From contig NZ_JBKFGH010000018.1 of the NCBI RefSeq assembly GCF_051233475.1, positions 40,868-64,867 on the forward strand: a DNA stretch of 24,000 nt, given 5' to 3'. The position numbers and the translations under genes are program-made. Source of the stretch: Neobacillus sp. LXY-4 (GTDB taxonomy: Bacteria; Bacillota; Bacilli; Bacillales; Cytobacillaceae). The notes below the pieces were generated by a model. That model was given only the letters and a program-made list of their open reading frames with translations, made no database searches and was not told where the DNA came from. Every line of letters starts with the position of its first letter. Position 1 is the stretch's first letter. Shown here in pieces: positions 19,164 through 24,000 of this stretch.

Positions 19164-19370
19164 TTATCCTTGAAATAGAAAAACTGACTTGATTTTTTGA
19201 AACAAATCATCCACGATTGAAGCAACCATAAACAGGATGTAGATAAAACCAAATAGTGTTACCCATTGGGCATATTCCTTTTTTCCAACCTGATCGAGAA
19301 TGGTGTGCAAAAAGGCTACTACAATTCCTACGCCGGCAATTTTGAAAATTATATCTACCTCTAAACCCAT
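19164..19370 (-). CDS. spoIIIAC: stage III sporulation protein AC
   Basis: 68 aa from ATG 19370, 7 nt after AGGAGG. IAGVGIVVAFLHTILDQ.GKKEYAQWVTL.GFIYILFMVA.IVDDLFQKIK.VFLFQG is almost identical to my remembered B. subtilis SpoIIIAC. Confidence 0.93.
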   Translation of the reverse strand: MGLEVDIIFKIAGVGIVVAFLHTILDQVGKKEYAQWVTLFGFIYILFMVASIVDDLFQKIKSVFLFQG

Positions 19371-19446
19371 CAATTCTCCTCCTAAGCTCCATCAGTTGAT
19401 TAACTAGCTTATACTTACTATGAATTCCTGGTCAGCCTTATGAAAC

Positions 19447-19962
19447 TTACATGAGCAAGATAATTAGAAGCAGGCCAGATAGAAAACCTAGACTCTTAAC
19501 CATTTTTTCGTATTTTGCTTGTCGATCATATGCATCGGACTCTTCTCTTTCTAAATGCGCAAGTGCAAGCATGATTTGTTTTTGTTGGGAATACCGGTCA
19601 TGTCGGCCAAGGGTCTCGCCAAACTGCTTCATAATTTGAAACTCCCCCTGCTTTAAAGCCGTTAGCTTCCATACTTCGTTTAAGCTTTCTTCCCAGGCGG
19701 CTTTAACCGTGGTCTCAGAATTAGTTAGTTTTAATGAAAAGCTTTCAAAAAACCATGATAACGGTTTCGCCAATTGCGATGATAATCTTCGTGCCGCTTC
19801 ATGTAATGGAGTGTGGCCATACATAATTTCTGCCTCTAAAGATTGAAGGGCAGATTTTAACTGTCTTAGCTGGCGAGGCCGCTCACTTAAATGTCTTGAT
19901 GCCTCAAATCCTGTCCATGTTGTCGCAAAAATAATGATCACGGCGCCTATGACTTTCAACAT
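19447..19962 (-). CDS. spoIIIAB: stage III sporulation protein AB
   Basis: 171 aa with an N-terminal TM segment and then a helical domain. Its ATG directly abuts the spoIIIAA stop (TAAATG). Confidence 0.88.
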   Translation of the reverse strand: MLKVIGAVIIIFATTWTGFEASRHLSERPRQLRQLKSALQSLEAEIMYGHTPLHEAARRLSSQLAKPLSWFFESFSLKLTNSETTVKAAWEESLNEVWKLTALKQGEFQIMKQFGETLGRHDRYSQQKQIMLALAHLEREESDAYDRQAKYEKMVKSLGFLSGLLLIILLM

Positions 19963-20886
19963 TTATGTCACTCTCGCTTTTTTAAAAATCTCCGAACCAG
20001 AACCATTTTTTATAGTTGAGACGGTGCCAGGGCCATTATTTCGAGTTAATTCAATGTACCGCTGAAAGATACCTTGATCAAGGATATTTCGTAAAGAGGG
20101 CCGTTTCTGAACCTCAGCAAGTGAATTGCCATGAGTGGTCATGACTAATTTTATCCCGGCATTTACTGCCTCAATAATTGATTCAGCATCTTCTTTCCGA
20201 CCAATTTCATCAACAATTAATACATCAGGGCTCATGGAACGAATCATCATCATCATCCCTTCAGCCTTTGGACAAGCATCGAGCACATCCAGTCTGGGAC
20301 CGAAAGTAAGCTGAGGAATACCATTAACAGAGCCGGCTATTTCCGATCGTTCATCGACGATGCCCACCTTGGCGGCCAAGATTTCCAATGGAGCATAGCC
20401 ACTTGATATGGTCCTCGCAATATCACGAAGCAACGTCGTTTTTCCTGTCTGGGGCGGACCGATAATCATCGTATGAAACCAATTTTCTTTATAAAGAAAT
20501 GGAATCAACGGTTCAGCAATCCCTATTTTTTCCTTGGCAATTCGAATATTGAAGGAAGCAACATCTCGTATCGCTTTGACCTGTCCTTCTTCAAGAATCA
20601 CCTTACCCGCCAAACCAACTCGGTGCCCGCCATCGATTGTCACATAGCCTCGCCTTAGTTCTTCTTCAAGTGTGTAAATTGAAAAATGACTAATTTTATT
20701 TAAAAGCTGAACAGCGTCTTCCGCAGTCGCTGTATATGGCAAAAACTGCGGGATTCCGTCACTGGTTATTTCTACAGGCCGATTTATTCGAACCCGAATC
20801 TCCTCGATTCTTTCTTTTAAGATGGGAGGTAGTTTATGAACATGATCAACAATCGTTTTTGGCAAAAAGGCTAGAACCGTTTCCAC
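19963..20886 (-). CDS. spoIIIAA: stage III sporulation protein AA (secretion-ATPase-like)
   Basis: 307 aa with Walker A GPPQTGKTT and Walker B VLIVDEIG. GTG start, 5 nt after AAGGGGGA. Confidence 0.92.
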   Translation of the reverse strand: METVLAFLPKTIVDHVHKLPPILKERIEEIRVRINRPVEITSDGIPQFLPYTATAEDAVQLLNKISHFSIYTLEEELRRGYVTIDGGHRVGLAGKVILEEGQVKAIRDVASFNIRIAKEKIGIAEPLIPFLYKENWFHTMIIGPPQTGKTTLLRDIARTISSGYAPLEILAAKVGIVDERSEIAGSVNGIPQLTFGPRLDVLDACPKAEGMMMMIRSMSPDVLIVDEIGRKEDAESIIEAVNAGIKLVMTTHGNSLAEVQKRPSLRNILDQGIFQRYIELTRNNGPGTVSTIKNGSGSEIFKKARVT

Positions 20887-20922
20887 AATCTTTCCCCCTT
20901 AGGTGTACCTCTCATTATTTAA

Positions 20923-20951
20923 AATGTATGCCTGCTTGGCTACATTGATGA
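20923..20951 (-). promoter_or_regulatory. sigmaE-type promoter candidate for the spoIIIA operon
   Basis: Minus strand: TCATCAA-14 nt-CATACATT, compared with my remembered sigmaE consensus ZHATAXX-14-CATACAHT (6/7 and 7/8). It lies about 35 nt upstream of the spoIIIAA start. Confidence 0.6.
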
Positions 20952-20954
20952 TTC

Positions 20955-20995
20955 CTAAACAAAAAAAAGACACCATGCCAGCGCATAGTGTCTTT
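20955..20995 (-). terminator. intrinsic terminator ending the ccm/thioredoxin operon
   Basis: Minus strand: AAAGACAC-tatgcgctggcatg-GTGTCTTT (20966-20995), followed by a T-run (TTTTTTTTGTTT). It starts 3 nt after the thioredoxin gene stop. Confidence 0.8.
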
Positions 20996-20998
20996 AAC

Positions 20999-21505
20999 CT
21001 ATTCATATTTTGCAACTAAATCATATAGTTCGCTTTTCGTGATAGGTCCGATGTAGTGCTCACGGATCACGCCTTCTTTATCAATCACAAAGGTTTCCGG
21101 TTGAGCTACAACATTATATGCTTTCGATACCTTATCGTTAAAATCAAATAAGTATGTTGAAGTTGTTTTATTTTCTTTCACGAATTTCTTAACACGGTCC
21201 TGTGTTTCCCCGCGGTCGATAATCAACAGCTTGTACTTGTCACCGTATTCCTTTTCAAACGCTTCAAGCTCTGGCGCCTCATCAACGCATGGGATACACC
21301 ATGTTGCAAAATAATTGACTACCGCAACCTGACCTTTGTAGTCGGCTAGCTTTACCATCTTGCCGTTAAGGTCTTCTAATTCAAAATTATATGCAGTCTC
21401 TCCAACACCTGTATATTCACCTTTTGTTGCAAGAGAAATCCCAAAATAAACAAAAAGGCCAATTACAGCAGCTAAAACGAGGATTTTGATACTAGGTTTT
21501 TTCAT
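20999..21505 (-). CDS. membrane-anchored thiol:disulfide oxidoreductase, TlpA/ResA/CcmG(DsbE) family
   Basis: N-terminal TM anchor, the redox motif WCIPC, and AQPETFVIDKEGVIREHY, which resembles the DsbE/CcmG GAPETFLIDGNGII block. ATG 21505 lies 8 nt after GGGGGAG. The track start is GTG 21511. Confidence 0.88.
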   Translation of the reverse strand: MKKPSIKILVLAAVIGLFVYFGISLATKGEYTGVGETAYNFELEDLNGKMVKLADYKGQVAVVNYFATWCIPCVDEAPELEAFEKEYGDKYKLLIIDRGETQDRVKKFVKENKTTSTYLFDFNDKVSKAYNVVAQPETFVIDKEGVIREHYIGPITKSELYDLVAKYE

Positions 21506-21543
21506 CAGCACTTCTCCCCCGGCTCTTTCTTCAAGTTTTATTA

Positions 21544-21572
21544 AGTATAGGTACCAGGATGAGGCCTGTTAA
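21544..21572 (-). promoter_or_regulatory. candidate internal sigmaA promoter for the thioredoxin gene
   Basis: Minus strand: TTAACA (21567-21572), 17 nt, TATACT (21544-21549). The -35 lies within the hairpin at 21563-21581. Confidence 0.4.
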
Positions 21573-21593
21573 AAACAGGCCAATTCGTCCAAA

Positions 21594-21719
21594 TTATGAA
21601 TCTAATTGCTTCAAAAATTCAATTTCTTTTATCAGTTTAGCTCGACGTATACTATGCAACGCGACATAACCTAAAATGCTAACGCTTGAAATAATGTAGG
21701 CAGCCATCATGTAACCCAT
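21594..21719 (-). CDS. CcmD-like small membrane protein (41 aa; absent from the ORF track)
   Basis: ATG at 21719 lies 8 nt after AAGGAGG. Product: MGYMMAAYIISSVSILGYVALHSIRRAKLIKEIEFLKQLDS, one TM helix followed by HS and a basic tail. E. coli CcmD has ..LVVLVVHSVMQHRAILRG.. (from memory). It sits directly after the ccmC-like gene, where ccmD normally lies. Confidence 0.65.
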   Translation of the reverse strand: MGYMMAAYIISSVSILGYVALHSIRRAKLIKEIEFLKQLDS

Positions 21720-21732
21720 TATTCCATCCTCC

Positions 21733-22491
21733 TTATTTAATCGATTCTCTAACTTGCTCTTTGTATTGCTCAACCTTGATTTTCATCTTCTCAAACGAAA
21801 CTCCTCGAACAAGAAGGAATGAGTATAGAATGGTCGTAAAAGCAATCATTGTTAGCAATGCAACAAGCATTTCCGGTTCGATTCCACCACCAGATTGGTC
21901 TTTTCCTTCACCGAAAACAACTGGATGGAATTTAGTATTCCACCAACGAATTGCCATAAATACGATTGGAACATCAACAAACCCGATAATCCCAAACACC
22001 GCAGCAAGTCTTGCTTTCTTTTCCCATACGCCGTCCATCTGGCGAATCATTACATAGGCAACGTAGATAAACCATAGAATAAGAGAGGTTGTTAACCTTG
22101 GTTCCCAAGCCCACCAAGTATTCCAAGATGATTTTGCCCAAATCATTCCAGTTATTAATACAAGTGTGATAAACACAACGCCAATTTCTGCTGATACATA
22201 AGCGTACGTATCGTAAATGCGCTTTCTTTTCACAAGATAAAGAATACTAAAAACAAAGGTTACAAAAAATGCCCCGAAACCAATCCAAGCAATTGGTACA
22301 TGAACAAAAAAGATCTTTTGGACCATTCCCATCATTTTTTCCTCGGGAGCATAGAAGAAAATTAAATATAGCCCAATAATGACTGAAATGATGGATGCCC
22401 ATCCTAATATTTTTTGAAGCATAGAAGCCTTTTCCACTGTTGGTGGGGATGGCTGTAAGGACTTTTGCTTCTTTTCAAGATTCATACTCAT
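21733..22491 (-). CDS. ccmC: CcmC-like heme-handling protein (cytochrome c assembly family)
   Basis: 252 aa, polytopic. Trp-rich loop WAKSSWNTWWAWEPRLT, compared with E. coli CcmC WGKPMWGTWWVWDARLT. Both flanking His contexts are present (FFVHVPIAW; RWWNTKFHP). GGAGGT SD. Confidence 0.88.
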   Translation of the reverse strand: MSMNLEKKQKSLQPSPPTVEKASMLQKILGWASIISVIIGLYLIFFYAPEEKMMGMVQKIFFVHVPIAWIGFGAFFVTFVFSILYLVKRKRIYDTYAYVSAEIGVVFITLVLITGMIWAKSSWNTWWAWEPRLTTSLILWFIYVAYVMIRQMDGVWEKKARLAAVFGIIGFVDVPIVFMAIRWWNTKFHPVVFGEGKDQSGGGIEPEMLVALLTMIAFTTILYSFLLVRGVSFEKMKIKVEQYKEQVRESIK

Positions 22492-22493
22492 CT

Positions 22494-23174
22494 TTATACC
22501 TCCAGCACGTATTCAATTAATAAGAAACAAAGAACAAAGAAGATGACATCATAGGCAGCGATTAACTGAATCCAAGCTATAGCATCAGGCAGCTTTTCGA
22601 TATTTGTCAAAATGATTCTGGTCGCTTGTACCGCTCCTATTAAAATGGGGCTTGTAACCGGAAATAACAGCAGTGGCAAAAGCATTTCGCTGCTTTTAGA
22701 ATTAGCCGCCAGCGAAGCTAAAAATGTACCTATACTGATAAAGCCAAAGCTCCCAATTAGTAGTACAAATAGAAAATATGGCAAGCTACCGATGTATTTA
22801 AAATCAAATAAAAGGAACAAAAATGGAATAGCTACAAGCTCCACAATGATCATCATTGTAAAATTTGCCATTAATTTTCCTACATAAATACTTGAGGGAT
22901 CCATTGGTGAAATGAGTAGACCCTGCATCGTATCATTTTTTTGCTCTGAAAGAAAAGATCGATTTAATCCTAAAATTCCTGAAAAAACGATTATGACCCA
23001 AATAACTCCTGGAATTACCGCTCTTGTTGTATTGTTAGATGGATCAAATGCAAAGCTGAACACTAAAATGGTAAGCCCAGCAAAAATAATCATCGTGGCC
23101 AATACTTGTTTTGTCTTCAATTCAGAGTATAAATCTTTTTGTGCAATGAAGAGGGCGTGTTTGAAAAAATTCAT
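22494..23174 (-). CDS. ccmB: CcmB-like heme exporter permease
   Basis: 226 aa, about 6 TM segments. VIPGVIWVIIVFSGILGLNRSF..MQGLLISP aligns with my remembered E. coli CcmB IAPGIIWVAALLSSLLALERLF..LEQLMLLP. GGAGGGAG SD, 1-nt gap after ccmA. Confidence 0.85.
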   Translation of the reverse strand: MNFFKHALFIAQKDLYSELKTKQVLATMIIFAGLTILVFSFAFDPSNNTTRAVIPGVIWVIIVFSGILGLNRSFLSEQKNDTMQGLLISPMDPSSIYVGKLMANFTMMIIVELVAIPFLFLLFDFKYIGSLPYFLFVLLIGSFGFISIGTFLASLAANSKSSEMLLPLLLFPVTSPILIGAVQATRIILTNIEKLPDAIAWIQLIAAYDVIFFVLCFLLIEYVLEV

Positions 23175-23175
23175 G

Positions 23176-23880
23176 TTATGCTACTCCCTCCGTATGCTGT
23201 AAGTACTTTTCAGTTAGTAAATCTAATTGATTTTTATCAATCTTAAAATCATCGGCCACTTGTCCATTTTTAATGATAATAATACGGTCACAAATTTCTG
23301 CAGCTTGCTTGAAATCATGGGTGACCATTAATGTGGTTGCACCCTTTGCCTTCATTGACAGAATGACATCATTTAAAATGGAGATAGCGCCTTGATCCAA
23401 ACCAGTATGTGGTTCGTCTAACAAAAGAAGCTCTGGATCGTGAATAATGGCTCTCGCAATCGCTGTTCGTTGAATCATTCCCCGGGAAAAATTTTTTACC
23501 GGCTCCTTTAAGAAAAATGAAAGTCCAACGTCTTTTATTAGTTTTATGGCTTTTTCTTCTACACCCTTAACTCCATATAGATTCCCGAAGAAAACAAGGT
23601 TTTCAAGTGGAGAATAGTGTTCATATAACAAGCTAGAATGGGGTAGGTACCCCATTAGCTTTTTAATGTCTTGGCTGTTTTTCTTTAAATCAAACCCGTT
23701 AATTTTAACTTCTCCAGAACTAGGCTTAATTAGTGTTGCAATCACCTTTAATAAGGTACTTTTTCCAGCTCCATTTGGACCTAAAATGGCAACTGTTTCA
23801 CCTTTTTCAATCGATAGGTCAATACCGCGTAAGATTAATTTCGTATCTGCCTGCTTTGTTAGTTTTTTTATTTGTATCAC
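23176..23880 (-). CDS. ccmA: ABC transporter ATP-binding protein (CcmA-like by context)
   Basis: Walker A GPNGAGKST, signature FSRGMIQR, Walker B LLLLDEP and H-loop VTHD. GTG 23880 lies 8 nt after GGGGAGGG. The track's ATG 23898 overlaps that SD and has none of its own. Confidence 0.85.
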   Translation of the reverse strand: MIQIKKLTKQADTKLILRGIDLSIEKGETVAILGPNGAGKSTLLKVIATLIKPSSGEVKINGFDLKKNSQDIKKLMGYLPHSSLLYEHYSPLENLVFFGNLYGVKGVEEKAIKLIKDVGLSFFLKEPVKNFSRGMIQRTAIARAIIHDPELLLLDEPHTGLDQGAISILNDVILSMKAKGATTLMVTHDFKQAAEICDRIIIIKNGQVADDFKIDKNQLDLLTEKYLQHTEGVA

Positions 23881-23906
23881 GAAAGAGGCCCTCCCCATAC
23901 CAGTTG

Positions 23907-24000
23907 TTATTCAACAAATTGATTTAGGCTTAATTTAACCTGAACAAGATGTTGTTTATAGGCCTCCAACTTGGCATGATAGTCATTTTCTGAAATTTGT
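23907..24000 (-). CDS. 3' end of an unidentified ORF truncated by the window edge
   Basis: An open frame runs from the window edge to TAA at 23907-23909 and encodes ..QISENDYHAKLEAYKQHLVQVKLSLNQFVE. It ends 26 nt before the ccmA-like start with no terminator between them. I recognise no family. Confidence 0.4.
   Translation of the reverse strand, partial: QISENDYHAKLEAYKQHLVQVKLSLNQFVE

Noticed and set aside
19151-19252. The long 163-aa form of spoIIIAD starting at ATG 19252 or 19210
   Set aside because: It overlaps spoIIIAC by 47-89 nt, has no SD, and adds a non-homologous, non-membrane N-terminus. An ATT start at 19150 behind GGGGGGA is more plausible. This is reported as a finding, not settled.
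21733-22491. Reading the 252-aa WWD protein as System II ResC/CcsA
   Set aside because: It is much shorter than ResC (about 390 aa from memory). It has RLT after the WWD loop as CcmC does. It is flanked by CcmB-like, ABC ATPase and CcmD-like genes, with no ResB-like gene. CcmC-like is the better call, although the WAWEP variant is noted.
1-24000. Scan for tRNA/rRNA genes, CRISPR arrays, transposases, integrases, toxin-antitoxin or phage-defence genes
   Set aside because: I recognised none by eye on either strand. Apart from the ccm block and the GC-rich element, the window is conserved housekeeping and sporulation genes.

Overview
This window looks like a core chromosomal segment of an endospore-forming Bacillaceae. 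Every gene I can support lies on the minus strand. From memory, the order matches the Bacillus subtilis 168 spo0A-spoIIIA region. By coordinate: GDPD phosphodiesterase, spo0A, spoIVB, recN, argR/ahrC, tlyA/yqxC-like methyltransferase, dxs, ispA, xseB, xseA, folD, nusB, Asp23-family (yqhY-like), accC, accB, spoIIIAH to spoIIIAA. After spoIIIAA the resemblance to B. subtilis ends. The next block is a tightly packed operon: an ABC ATPase, CcmB-like and CcmC-like proteins, a 41-aa CcmD-like ORF missing from the ORF track, and a membrane-anchored CcmG/ResA-like thioredoxin. No ccmE/F/H is visible, and a further ORF upstream is cut by the window edge. I found no tRNA, rRNA, CRISPR array, transposase or recognisable defence or toxin genes. 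I cannot show a clear-cut novel multi-gene system. The most unusual items are: (1) the partial System I-type heme-handling operon in a lineage expected to use System II; (2) a roughly 60% G+C, ~260-bp long-hairpin element between argR and tlyA, with 15-nt terminal inverted repeats and a perfect 14-bp flanking direct repeat; (3) a strong sigmaA-type promoter followed by a terminator-like hairpin in the 298-bp spacer upstream of dxs, which could be an attenuator or a small RNA; (4) spoIIIAD, which has no canonical start codon at the homologous position and probably starts at ATT. Several ORF-track N-termini are over-extended (spo0A, recN, tlyA, xseA, spoIIIAC, spoIIIAD, ccmA), and I give revised starts. 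All homology statements rest on motif recognition and remembered reference sequences, not on searches.
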